Assembly (NCBI GenBank): GCA_003971905.1
Contig: RSEE01000039.1
Coordinates: 248,001 to 312,000, forward strand
Length of the DNA stretch: 64,000 nt
Source of the DNA: Moniliella sp. 'wahieum'
Lineage: Eukaryota
Direction: 5' to 3'
Shown here: positions 38,009 to 50,823 of the stretch, one piece after another
Position numbering within the stretch: the first letter of the stretch is position 1
Layout: each line of letters begins with the position of its first letter
Translations under genes and position numbers: made by a program
The notes under the pieces: model-generated
What the model saw: the letters and a program-made list of their open reading frames with translations, nothing else
What the model was told of the DNA's origin: nothing
Database searches by the model: none

Positions 38009-39855
38009 ATGCGCCTCCTTTCCCTGCTGGCCCTGCTGGCCGCATGCGTCTCTGTCCACCCTGGCCTTGCCCGGCCCATCGCGGCCCCTCAGCAGCGTGG
38101 GGCGGCAACACCACGCATGCTGCAGGCGCCTGCCGCCTTGGCCCCCCGTTGGAAGCGCTCCCAAACGCTCGTGCCCGACGATGAACCTCTCACCTTCACC
38201 ATCTCTCTCCACGGCGCCAACTTTAGCCAACTCGCTGCCCACATGGAAGAGATTGCAAGCCAGGGCCAAGGCCGCTGGCTGTCTTCTGCCCAGCTCGCCC
38301 ACTTCGCCGCCCCTGAGCCCGCCCATGTCGCCCACCTTTCTGCCGCACTCGCCCAAAGTGGCATTCCAGCTTCGGATCTAGTCTGGAGCCCCCACCAAGA
38401 CAGGGTTACGATCAAGACGGACGTTGAGCATACTCAGCGCTTGTTTCCAGGGCCCAGCCCTTCCACCAGTATACCGCGACCGCCAACGGGGAGAGCGGCA
38501 GGGCAACTACCCGGTACACTCGTACTACGTCCCTCGCCATTCCCAGCGACATGGACTACGTCCAGCACGTTGACGGTCTTACCAACTTTCCCTCCTGGAC
38601 ACGACCGGCCTTGACTACAGTGCCCCCCGACTCTTCTCAGGTTTCAGCCAAGCAAGCTCAGCACTCTGTCGTTTTGCCCGCACGAAAACCTACAACGGGA
38701 TGTGGAAGCAATGGGACGGCAATCGAAGCTGGGTGCATTCAACAATTGTATGGGTCAGCCTCTTAACCTCCAAGGGTGGTTCGGGCTGGATGTGCTCATT
38801 ATGGGCTACACTGGATCCAACATTAATTTGGACGACGTGCAGGATACATGACTAAGTACTCGTCCTTTGTGCCCTCTGGCACAACCGCCATGCACCTTAT
38901 TGACGGCGTGAGCGGGACAACACTGCAAGCCAGCCCAGCTTGGAAGGTTCGTTGGACACTCAGATGGTGGTTGCCGCGCAAGGGTATCCCTTGAACACAC
39001 TACTCTACTATTCCGAGTCTGGTTCCACTTTTTCCCAATCGCTCAACTATTCTTGGACACACCCAGTCTTGACCCAGGTGTGATTAGCATCTCTTTTGCC
39101 GCGCCTGAATCCGCCTTTTCACCGTCCGAGCAACCTACCTATGCAATACGATCCAAAGCTGACCGCCCAAGGCACGACCGTCGTGTAGTCGCCCTTCTAA
39201 TGCTTCCTTCCCCGTTTCTTCTTGGCACTCAGCTTACCAGGATGATCGTCATTGGTTTGGCTTTCCGGTTTGCCGCCGGTGATGGCGGTGTGGATTCGGT
39301 CAGTGGCAATTCGACGTGCCCATCGGCGAGTTTTGCCTACATACCCCTCTATGCCCGTATGTGCTTTCGGTCGGAGCCACCGTCGACGCTGAAGAGGAGT
39401 GGGCGGCAAGCTGGTCATGAAGCGGGTACAGCAACTTGTTCTCCTCTCCTTCCTACCAAACGTCTGCCTTGCAGAACTACAAGATTCTCTTCCCACTGCC
39501 ACCCAAAGCCAACCAGACCGGCCGCGGTTACCCGACGTCAGCGCAATCGGCAACACCATCACCGTCATCCAAGGCGGCACCCTGTCACCGCGTTTGGCAC
39601 CTCAGCCAGTGCACCATCTGGGCTGGCCTCATCTCGCTCATCAACGATGCGCGTCATGCGGCAGGCTTGGGTCGGGTGGGTTACATTCACCCCACTCTGT
39701 ATGCCAACTCGAGCGTGCTGTACGATGTGCGGGCCGGACAAAATTACGGCTGTGGTGGGGTAGGCTTTGCTGCGTCGGAGGGTTGGGATGCAGTGAGCGG
39801 GTTAGGCACCCCGACCAACCTGACCGGTCTGATGGAGGTATTTGGAGTCCATTGA
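38009..39855 (+). CDS. Secreted S53 (sedolisin / tripeptidyl-peptidase-like) serine protease
   Basis: Signal peptide MRLLSLLALLAAC and a pro-domain. Catalytic EGSLD (about 38943), AAGDGG, GRGYPDVSA, nucleophile GTSASAP, SLINDAR and GWDAVSGLGTP. Many frameshifts. Confidence 0.92.
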
Positions 39856-40611
39856 TCCCTGGTCCCTCACTTTCCGATCACGGACTGCGGTGGACTCACT
39901 TTTTCCCCTTTGCCTCTTTTCTTGTGGATCATGCGATTCATCTTGGACTTTTTCGCCTTCTCTTCTCCACTCACTTTTCCTCCGTATTTTTGGTTTCTGT
40001 AACGGGTTGAGCTCCGCATCGAACACTACCCCGTTTCCCCATTACCATCTCCACATCCTCTTTCCGGCTTCTTCCACTTTTCCTCTCTCATCCACCCTCA
40101 CCCCTTTCTCTCTCTCCACTCATCTCCAATCTTCTGCATCGTACAACGGACATCGATTCGCCATGCCACTCCACTGGGAAAGCAACGTCTATGCTACTGC
40201 GTCTCGCTATACCAGTTGCGTCCACATGCCTTCTTCGTCCCCCCTCTCCCCACGCCCCCCCGCATATCAATTCCTCTTCTTTTTCTTATCTTTTTTTCTC
40301 TCTTCTTTCCCCCATCATGCACATACATCCTATGCCCTCCCCCGTCTGCATATGGGTTGCATGCGAAGCGCATTCTCGCGAGCAGCCAGGCGCGAAGGCA
40401 AAGAAAAGAGAGAGGACAGCCCACAGCATAACCGACCCCCAGAGCAGAAGCTGTTTGTGAAGAGTGAAGATGGAAGCTACTTTGACTAGAACTAGAGTGG
40501 CGCTAGTGACGCGAGCGACGGGCACGGGTGATGCATGATGGTGTGGTGGCGAAGCGACAGGGTGCAGGGAATACAATCGACGTTCTATGCTCTGTTTCGG
40601 TACTTGTCCTT

Positions 40612-40717
40612 GGTGACCGGTGACCGGTGACGTGAACGTGAACGCGTGAACGTTGAACCAAGTACGTTCAATATTCAACGTTCAAAGTACGTACGTCCAA
40701 TGTTCAACTAGTTCAAC
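40612..40717. repeat. Palindromic heptamer array upstream of the Tvp38-like gene
   Basis: GGTGACC GGTGACC GGTGACG...GTTGAAC...GTTCAAT ATTCAAC GTTCAAA...GTTCAAC TA GTTCAAC. Confidence 0.85.
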
Positions 40718-40840
40718 GAGCGTCCTGCGCCTGATGCGCGGCAGGAGGGCAGTGTAGGCAACCTGTTCGCAGCTCGCTACGCTCGCGCCGCTCGGCCGAT
40801 TGTGCGGCGTAGCGCAGATGCTGATATAGCAGGAAAAGAG

Positions 40841-42791
40841 ATGCCCCCAGTGCCCTGTGACACGATTGCCCCGTCCGCATCACCACCACCTGCGCCTCCT
40901 GCGCCGCTGCGCATCCTGCCCACCCCCGCAGCACCATCCGCCTCTCCCGCCGCCTGGCCACCTGGCACGTCCCGCTTCCAACCACGCCCCGTTGCCAGCT
41001 AGATGGACAGCCCCGTCGTCGGCATGGCGCAGCCTCTGTTTGCGTCGGCGTTGGTGAGCGAGCCGGACGAGGCGGAGCTGCTGCCCACACGCGACAGCCT
41101 CGACGGTCGCACCACCCCCACCTGCTACCGCCCCACCTCCCGTCTCCCCCGTGGCCCCTCCTATTCCACCTGCCAGGGCCCCGTCCCCAACGTCCTGCAC
41201 CGCCGCACTCAAAGTATCCAAATGGCGAGAAGCGCGCCGCCCCGCTCCTCTTCTACCACCACCGCTCTCGACACCATCGCTCCTCCTCCTTCCCCTATCC
41301 CTCCTCCTTCTTCTTCCCCCGCTCCTTCCCTTAACTCGCACTCCCGCCCGTTCCCCGACGGCACTCCTCTGGCCCCTGCCGAGGAATACTTTTCACCTCC
41401 CCCCGAGCCACCCTTTGTCCCCATACAACAGTCCCAGACTTACAGTAGGAAGTTTTACCCTCCCACGTCAAGTCCGCCCACCTCGCCGATCCTCTGAGGC
41501 CGTCTGCTGGGTACCCCCCTCCTGAGAGGACATGCGGGCCACCATGCTCAGCCCACGGCTCCGCTCGGCCATTTGTTCGCTGTTCTCCTCTTGGCCCTGC
41601 GCTCCCTCTTCTGGGTCCTTTTCCATCCGTGCGCGGCTGTAAGACTGGCGGGACGGGGTGTGCATCGCACCTTTGATACTGCCGATCACGCATTCGTGAT
41701 CCGTCTACCGGCGAACGCATTTGGCGCCCGCCCTGGCTCTACGCCTACATACCCTTTTTCATATGGCTCCTCATCTCACTGACTTCCACCGCCTTCCTGT
41801 TCACCCATCGCTCTCTTGTGTTTTCCACACTCGATCGACTGGCTCAGACCCTGGTCCATGGGGCTGGTTCGGGTACGCAACCATGGCCGGCTTGATTTTT
41901 CTTACTACCATCCCCCCCGTTCCTCTCTATTCGACCCTGGTCGTCCTCAGCGGCTACACCTTTGGCTTGTGGCCCGGCTTTGTCACAGCTTATGTCGGTG
42001 CGCTCGTGGGCAGCATCGCTGTCTTTCTTGCTTCTCGTACCTTACTCCAGGGGCCGATGCAGCGTCTCCTGTCCAAATCCCAAGGTTTGCAAAAGATTGT
42101 TCGAGCGATTGAAAACAACCGCGCTTGCTGTTTCTCATCCGCTTGCCCCTTATCCCTTTAATTTGCTCAACACGGTTCTGGCCGCCGGCCCACCTTGACA
42201 TTGAGGACGTACACCCTCTGCACAGCGCTGGCCCTCCCCAAGCTGTTGATTCATGTGGGTGTGGGTGCTATGACCAAGACTTTTGCCGCGCCGGCAGCGC
42301 CGGCGGATGACGCTGCACCAGTTGTGCGCACCACCCTGTGGGCCAAGGAGGTCATGGGCATCGGCGGTCTGTTTCTCTGCGTTGGTATCTTCTTCTACCT
42401 TCTCTCGGTCGCACGGCAGGCGGTGGACGAGCTGGAGCAAGAGGAGGAGTTCCACCCGCTTCACTCGCCCTTGTCTCCCGTTTGGTCCGACACCGACTTG
42501 CCCGCTCCTTCTGCCTCCGCTTCAGGTTCGAGTTTGCTTTTGGCCTCAGCTCCCTCCTCTCCTCCCCCGCCTTTTCTCGCGTCATCGTCTTTGCCATGGG
42601 CTCAAGAGAAGTACCTCCCCCTCCCCCGGAACGAGAACCGGCCTCAGCACCGGGCGAGACACTACGTGGCCTCCCGCCGTGCCATCTCCGGGCCCCTTCC
42701 TCCCCTGGTGCATCCCTCTCTCTCCCCATATCCCTGGGGCGGGGAAGGAGGACGCCGTCGCGGCTTAGCCCGCACGCTTAGGACATTTTGA
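40841..42791 (+). CDS. SNARE-associated Golgi protein (Tvp38/VTT/DedA family) with a long Pro-rich N-terminus
   Basis: LIFLTTIPPVPLYSTLVVLSGYTFGLWPGF, LLFLIRLAPYPFNLLN, YTLCTALALPKLLIHVGVG. Frameshifted; the start could be 40841 or 41003. Confidence 0.85.
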
Positions 42792-43097
42792 TGGACATTC
42801 GTTTCCCTGTTACTGTTACTGCTACGTTACCGATGCGTACTCTTGCTCTTGCTCTCGTTGCAGCCTTGCCGGTCCCTGGGTTGGTTGGTGTTCTGCGTAG
42901 CGAAACTGATCGACTCGCATAGCAACTCGTCACTCTCTCCGCCCCGCAGCTCCGCCAGCCAAGGACACGGCACGTGCGGGCTGACATAAGCAGCGCCCGC
43001 TTCCGGCCGCGGCGGCTGCTCCACTTGCTTGGCTGCTCCCCAACACGCCAGGCGCCGCCCGCTGGTTGGCCTGCCCGCCGTCTGCCCCGTCGCGCCC

Positions 43098-46074
43098 ATG
43101 CTCACCACCGCCTCGTGGCTGCAGCAGCGCTGGCACGCCGCCCACCCGCCCACCACCGAGCAGGACACCGTCCGCGCCCTCGCCGCCCGCCTCGCCCTCG
43201 CCGCCGATGCCAACCCCCAGCCCTCCGCGCCCGAGTCCCAGTCCCCGCCTCGGACCAGGACCAAGCGCTGGCCGACGTCCGCGCCGCCCTCTACAGTCTC
43301 CGCAGCCTCGCTCGCAGTCGACCCGCCCTCGTTGCTTCCGATGCCTGGGCCGCACTCTCGATGCCCTCCCCCTCCTTGCCGCCCCCCTGCCCCTCTGCCT
43401 CCGCTTGACATGGGCCACATAGCCTCCCCCTCCGGTGGGGAAGACCTGGCGCGGCAACGGGCACGCCAGGCCGCGCGCATGCGTCAAGTCCGTCGCGCGG
43501 CACACGAACGCGCGCGCGGGGAAGTGTTGACGGCGTTGCTAGATACCTTGACGGCGCTGTGCGACGACCCGGCGCGGGCCGAAGCGTTCTTGAAACAAGA
43601 AGGCTGGCCTGGTCCTTGTCGCTGCTCGGACCCGGGGTGCACCTTTCGGAGCAGCAAGTTTCGCCCGACTTGGATTACGCGCCTAGCGTCGCGCTGGCCT
43701 CCCTTGCGCTTCTTCGCACTTGGTTCACTCGGCGCCGGAGCGAACGGGAGCAGCGCTGCTGTCCCTTGGCGGTGGAATGGCCGTTCTGCTCCATTGCATC
43801 TCCCAGACGAAGCGCAATTTGAGCCGGACGAAGAAGAACCGCAGGGGGTGCATGCGCGTGCAGCATTGCGGGGGGAAACGTTGTTGCTGCTGCCTTCGTT
43901 GGTCGGACACAGTGCGCCGTTGGCCCAGCTGGCCCTGTACGAGGGCGGATTGGACGTCTGCTCCGCTTCCTCTCTCTTCGTGCGCAGGCACGGGGACTAT
44001 CCCCCTTCCCTGGGAAACCGATTTGGACGCGCTCGAATCCTGCGAGGCCATCCTCACTCGAGCTCAGGGCGCACGCAAGTACTTCTCCCAAGCGCGCCTC
44101 GGCACCCTTCTCCGTCCTGTCCTTGAACGAGGAGGGGAAGTGACAGCACAAGCAGGCCTGAGGGTGCTGCAGGTCTTGCTGGCCGATCCCGAACCTGAGT
44201 CGCTGCAACCCACCACAGGATATTCACAATGAGACGCCGAAGGAAGGGACAACTAAGGAGAGACAACCGAGGAGACAACCAAGGAGACAACCAAGGAGAC
44301 AACCAAGGAGACAACCAAGGAGGAGACAACCAAGGGGAGGACACCCAAGGAGGAGACAACCAAGGAGGAAACACCCAAGGAGGAAACACCCAAGGAGGAG
44401 ACGGACAAGTCAGAGAAGGCGGAACTGGCCAATGATGAGACGGGCAAGGAGAAGGAGCTCAATGAGACCAAATGGAGGTCCAACGGCACATTGCCGCCAC
44501 CTGCTTCCTTGGGTGGGGACGCTGCTTTGGACCGCCATTGAACGTGCGTGTGCACGCGGCGGTAGTCGGTGACGCTGGCAGTAGAAGGGTGTCTGGAAGC
44601 GCAGGCGTCTTTCGTCCAGTCCCGTGCCATCCCACCTCTTCTACATGCCCTTTTGACACTCGGGCTGGAAGCGAATCAGAGGAGGACCCACGTGCGCTCG
44701 GGGTGTGTATGTCGCCTTCCTCAGCCTCCTTGACCGATTGGGGGAGAACATCGCTCTGCGCAAAGCTCTTATTCACTGTTTGCTCCTTCCTCCTGAAGAG
44801 AATGGGGAGGCAATGGCACCAATCGACCCTCTGGACCCAGAGTGGAGAAGGTTTATCTTCTATTGCCAGGAAGGGCAGCCTCTCCATTGGCACACGTCTG
44901 GCGACGGGCAAATTGGATGCACAAGGATTGCGAGCTTGCCAGATTCTTTCCCATCTACTAAGGGGCTCCAACGAAGCGAAGGATGTTCTCCGCAATCTCG
45001 TTCTTCCCATGTCACCCTCCGACAGCCAGCCTGAGAAGGAAGGCCAACCAGCTGACGTGAAGAGAATCCCCTTCATGGAGTTTATGTTATTGCTTCTTCA
45101 GGCTCCGGCGCCCCGGACCCAGGTGGGCGTCCTTACACTCCTCTCGCAATGGGGGTGGGACTACGCCCTGCCCTTCTCACCGGACCTTATGTCCGTGCTC
45201 ACCCAAATGCTGGGGAAGGAGGACTTGCTCCCGGCTCTGGCTGCGTTGGCACTGGGCGTGAACGCCACGTTTTCCCCCTCTCCCATGGGCGAAGAAAGCA
45301 AGGCGGTGGTCCCGCCCTTGGCTCAACTGGTCCAGATCAGTTCGCTCCTACGGGATCATGTGACGTTTGCCCGTCTGCGTCCTGCTGGGGGCGCACTTCC
45401 CACGCCCGGACCGCTGCCTCTATCCTACGCTCTTCCCGGCTGTCCGGACTGGGGTGGGGAATGGTTCGATTGGCCTTTTGTGCTGTGGTGGCAAGGGGCG
45501 ATGAGTCTGATGGCCCACACGACCGCTCGCACCTTCCTCCCTTCCCCCCAGGCTGGAAGCCAGCCGAGCCTCCCTCCTCCTCCTTCGTGCTGAAGTACAG
45601 TCTGTTCGTCAAGCCCGTGTTGAGGCTGAGAGAAAGCAGGACGAAGCCACTGCCAATCTAGCCGCCCTTCGAACCAAGCTCGAGGCCGAGGTGCACCTTC
45701 GCGCCATGGGAGCGGCTGGGGCAGCGGCCGAAATCCGGCGATTGCGGGACGAGGTGGGCAGGCTTGCTCCTGCGCCTTGCTGGGACGGCGGCGGCCGAGG
45801 AGGAGTCGGCGGACGAGAAGGAAGTTTCTTCTGAAGAGGAGGAGGAAGAAAGAAGGAAGAAGCACTTGTTTCTCCTTCGCCTGATCCGGTTCTGTTGGAA
45901 AGGATCGAGCGACTGCAACTCTTGCTGCGGGAGGCAGTGCAGGTCCAAGAGGCCGAAACGGAGAATGAGGACTTGCTGGTCTTGCTGGAGGACTTGAGTC
46001 TCAAGCGAAGTGCAGAGAAGGAGCTTCTACGGTCCTGGGGGGAGCCAGTGAGCGAGGACGACGAAGAGGAATAA
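43098..46074 (+). CDS. USO1: Uso1/p115-like vesicle tethering protein
   Basis: N-terminal TEQDTVRALAARL and armadillo-head motifs (RGETLLLLPSL, ACQILSHLLRGS, WFDWPFV). Diagnostic C-terminus ENEDLLVLLEDLSLKR...GEPVSEDDEEE*. Several frameshifts. Confidence 0.8.
44245..44405 (+). repeat. Coding minisatellite (GGAGACAACCAA, 12/15-bp units) encoding ETTK/EETTK
   Basis: About 10 tandem imperfect units inside the Uso1-like gene. Confidence 0.9.
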
Positions 46075-47416
46075 AAGACCATCGTATGCCATACGCGATT
46101 CAAGGGTCTGCTTCCAGGGGCTCGAGACAAATGCGCAAAGACGAAGGATAGGGATTTGTGTCGTTTTTGCTCGGCTTATGCCATGCTATCAAGTCAAGTC
46201 AGCACGACAGTTGGTGATCCTTTGGGCCAATACGCAGTGAATCAAAGGAAGCGAAAGGGAGATCGAATCGGGGTACGTTTTTTTATGCTGGGACGAGTAC
46301 GTCGATGAGTGCAGAAGGGTCCAAATGTGAGACTCTCAGCGCTCACGCGATGGAACAGGAAAGGGGGAAATGTAACCGCATGACAAGCTGCAGTACACTT
46401 TAAATTAAGGTTTTTGGAAGGGAACTCATGGGGGGATCAAGGGCAAAGGAAGGATGGGGAGTGTGTGCTGGCCGGGATTGTACTCCCATTTATATGCTCA
46501 CTGAACACATCCACCACCGCATTTCAAATTCTGTGGGAGACCAGAACGGAGTGGTGGTGCTCGAGTCTTGGATGAAGTATGTTGCGATAGGAGCCCATCT
46601 ATTTTGTTGCATTTTGCGCAAGCCAAGTACCGGTGTGAGTGAAAAAAGTGGAGTATATATCATGATCCATCAATGTGCTGTGGGTAAAGCAGAGCTCTGG
46701 GTGATCTTTTGGAAGGGGACGGAGAAGGGCTTGGGTCCATGGCAGAGAACAAATCAGCAGGCCTTGGGATCTGCCACAAAATCGACCGCCGCTATTATGG
46801 TGAAAAGCGACCCCCATGCTGACCCGGAAGGGAGCGAAGAGTAGGCAACATTATGCACAACATTCATCTTGTTCAACCCATTTCAGCTTGAGCACGAGAA
46901 GAACGTAGAAAGGGTCGAGCGAGGCCAATGTGCAAGGGGACCCGGATGAAAGGAAGATCCTTAAGCGTATTGTGAGCAGCGACTGCAGACCAACTATCAC
47001 TCCCTCCCCTCAAAAAGTAAAAGTAGATGCAGGTGCGCCATGACTTTACGAAGCGGGCGAGAGTCCGAAATCTCCCAACAACTTATAGTATTCGGGGCAC
47101 ACGCACACGCAGCACGAGCACACAAGAAGACGAGAGTGATTATAGCGGTCGTGCCCGAGAGGGGTGTGTGGGGCCAAAACAGGCACACGGGGCCTGATGA
47201 GACCTGGAGTCCTGATGGTCCTCTGTTGCTCGCATCCTATCTTTCCCGGTTTACTGTTTTTTCTTTTCGGACATCTGTCTCAGAGTAAGAGATGCATGAA
47301 GCTCAAGTGAGGGAGAGAAGATAAATAAAGATATATATATAAAGGTGCCTCGCACAACCCCTCGGGCATGAATGGCAAAACGAGCTATAGGCAAGAGAGA
47401 GAATACCGAAAGATAA

Positions 47417-49297
47417 TTAAGAACACTTACGCACGATGTCCAATGACTCGTCTGCGCTGAGCCAGGGAACCGTGTTGAGCACGCGCCGGATCTCCCGCAT
47501 CGCGGCGCTGCTGGGTAGAATATTTCCCGCTTGCCAGCACTTCACATTTCCATCCTCTCCCCGGGCCATGGCTTCCCAGCACCCAGTCGAGGTTGAGAAC
47601 AGCGGCGGAACCGTCGGGAACGTTGACGCGGAGGCGACCTTGGTCGTCCGATGTGAACTGGTCTCCGGTCGTTTTGACTTGCTCTTCTTGCGCATTGGGC
47701 AAGGTTTCGTACGACATGCCGTTCCAGGTGGTATTGTAGACCGCGTCGGTACCGGGTGCTTCGAGGGTGGAGAGGTACCACGTCCGCCCAACAAGCTCAG
47801 GAATGGTAATATCAAAGGACACCGAGTGGGTGCGGGACGAAGTGGTGTTATGAGGATGCGTGTTGAACAAGGCCATACCGGAGATGTAATCGCCCGTGTA
47901 AATCGCATATGCAGTCAAACGAGGCTTGTCCCTGTTCGAGACGCCCATCAAGGGGATTGGTGCCACTCGAGTATTGCAACTGCCACCCACCAGTTGGGCA
48001 AAGGCGGCAAAGGCGTAGAATGACGACGGACATGAGGCGCCGTGTTGTCCATCACGATCGGTTGCCACGGCGCACCGTACGATGTTGGGTCATGTGGATC
48101 TGCACTGAGTTGATTTGAACCGTGGCGGCATAGAAGAGGAAGTTGAAGAGCCACAGGGTAGTGGCAAATGTGTCGGAGATGCCCTTAATGCCTTCGGGAC
48201 CGATCGAACCCATTTCGCGCAGGTAGTAGGGTTTGCCCGTGTCCAACGCCTGGTAGGACTGCTGTTGCCACTCGTACAGTTGCGACACGGTATTGGGAAG
48301 AGAGAGCAACCAGTCGGTCGTGATGGGGAAATTCGAGACGTTAATGTAATACAGCTTAGGATAGGAGAAGACGACAAAGGTCAGATCGTGACTTCAGCGC
48401 AAGAATTGAGAGATGAGCCGTGGATATATAGGGAAAATATAGGGCAAAACGTACATAGTCATGCTGCGACCAGGCAGTCACAAACATACTGTCATTGTAC
48501 CCAATGCCATGTGTGTCCTGGGTCAAATTGACCACACGGTAGGGGTGGCCATTCTTGTTGGCCGTCGTGGCCGTGACAGCGGCTTCAAACATGGCAGCCG
48601 GCTTGCCCCGGGGCTTGAGAGCGCGCCGATAGATGGCCTTTACGCGGGTGATCCACTCCTTCCCGTACATTTGCTCTGTGTAGCCTGGTTTGCGGTAGCC
48701 ATTGCTAACGTACAAGTCGGGCTCGTTCCCAACTTCAAACCCGACCAGATCAACGTTTTGCAAGTGATCCATGGCCGCATTGGCCGTCTCCACAATCCGC
48801 TCTACCGCATCGGAGCCAGTGTAGGCCAAATTGAGGCCAAACGTGATTGGGGTATCTCGGGCAACCGATCAATGGCCTTGAAGAGCCCAGGGCCAAAGTA
48901 AAGACTGGAGCTGGGCCCAGCAGATGCGTCTGTGTTGGTGCTATACCCATATCCTGCTGCCGAGGAATTCCACAGCGCATTGTCACCCGTATTCCACCAA
49001 TACGGACGTGAGGGGATGATCCACTCAGGTTCTGGAGTGCCTCCATACATCCATACGTCAGCGGGTTGACGGAATCGGTCCCGACGATGGCAGGCAGGTT
49101 ACTCGGTTCGATCCCGATCCCGGCATAGCTCGGGAAGAGGACAGTCGAGAGGTTGGCCCCAGCATGGCTTGCCTTCCAGCTGGGGAAGAGACTGACGCTT
49201 GTGAGCGCGCCTTGCACCAACGGGAAAAGGAGGAGGGCGGTGGCCAGCGCGGCCCGCGGGTTCGACGCTGGCAGGACGGTCTGCGTGTGAAGGACAT
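47417..49297 (-). CDS. Glycoside hydrolase family 79 (beta-glucuronidase-like), secreted
   Basis: Signal-like ALATALLLFPLVQGA, GIGIEPSNL, VRIGGNTGD, FEVGNEPDLY (acid/base), PYYLREMGS (nucleophile), GISDTFATTLW. Intron at about 48352-48453; frameshifts. Confidence 0.9.
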
Positions 49298-50029
49298 GGT
49301 GGAGGAGAACGTGGGGGTGCCCACAGGGGGATGGGGGTAGTGGACGCTGGTAATCCACACACTTGGCGACGGATGAGTGAGGAGGAAGATATAGTGGCTT
49401 GAGATGGTATGCTTCCGTGCTCCTTGTCCAGCGCAGCTGGCAGGCAGTCGGAGTCTCCCTCCTTTGATATGTGCTGCCACTTGTGCTATATTGCACACAC
49501 TCTGTTATCACAGCGTTATAATGCCTCTGTAAGTTCTGTACCCCACTGTCGGAACTCTATTGCCTCGGCACCTGCCTGTTGAGGCAAAAGCGTTAGCCTC
49601 AACGTCTCAACAGGCCCTCAGATCATCCGGTCATGCACATGCCTCAACGGTAGGGTTCAAACTTGGCTCGCTTGCTTCTTTCGCTCACCCGGGCGTAATA
49701 GTATCCCAGCTTACGACGCTCTCAAGCCCACATCAAACTTTTTTGGCATCAACGCGTTCAATAACGCTCAATATATATATACCCTGTTGGACGCATATAT
49801 ATCCTTTGGACGGTGTGCTCGGCGCGAGGCGATGGCGGGAACGAGAGAGAGACTCTTGGACACGAGTAAGACGGAGCCAACCAGATCAAGGGGAGGAGGA
49901 GGCCATGCTGCGGGTATGAGTGAAGCGGGGTTGGGCCTTGGGCCTTGGAAGTGATGGTGGTGTCAGCAGAAAAAGTCAGTCGACGAGAGGACAAGAACCG
50001 AGATGCTCGATGGAAAATGCAGCCAAGGA

Positions 50030-50665
50030 ATGTTGAACGTTCAAGTTGCGCTGAACGCGTTGGACCCTCATCCATCACATGCGCATCACACGGCGAATCG
50101 CACATCACTTGCATCACTATCCCCACCGGCCCCACCATCCTCCATTTCCGGTGGCGTTGGCCTTTACCGACCCCGTGCGCCCAGAGCGGAATCAAGCAGT
50201 GGGCGGAACGACACAACGCACGCGTAAGCTATGCACCATGTGCCTACCTAAGGCCTGGCCGGCTTACCTAAGGCCTAACCCGATTCCCGGCCAGTTCGTT
50301 ATCGAATCGGTTATCGATTATCGACCGTCGTATATCAATCTCGTCTGCCTTGTGGTATCGATGTATCCCCCGACTCGATCGAGTCATCGAGTCACCGCAG
50401 TATGATCGATGATCGAGATGACCACTCGCTTGAAGCTTGAAGCTTTGAAATGTGAAACTTGACCCGTGGTTACCGGGTTACCGGTTATCGACCGGTTATC
50501 ACCCTTGTGTGAACAGTGAGCGCGCGCTGAGCTCAGCACCAAAGATAATCGATGGCATCGACCATTCGATCAATCGTCCCGAGTTGGCCATCGAGTCACA
50601 TCGAGTCACCTGAGTCAGTTCGCCAGGCTTTCGTCTCATAGATCATCGACATCGATCATCGAGTT
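50030..50665. repeat. Palindromic heptamer cluster in the GH79/epimerase divergent promoter
   Basis: GTTGAAC 50032, CCTAAGG 50247/50267, GATTATC 50316, GATGATC 50408, (CTTGAAG)2 50429, GGTTACC 50468/50476, GCTGAGCTCAGC 50526, GATAATC 50544, GATCATC 50641/50654. Confidence 0.88.
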
Positions 50666-50823
50666 TGGCTTTTGAAGCCTGGAGCTTGCCTACACCTCCA
50701 ATCGCTTTGGATGTCGATGCCCGGACACGTTAAAAATACTTGCGCAGTCTCTGTTCAGTGCACCAAGTCATCTGATCCGAGCGCCTGAGCCTCTCTCCCG
50801 CCCGATTTTCTCAGCTATACGCC

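Noticed and set aside
46428..47288. 138-aa and 82-aa ORFs between USO1 and GH79
   Set aside because: They lie in a convergent 3' gap and show no recognisable motifs.
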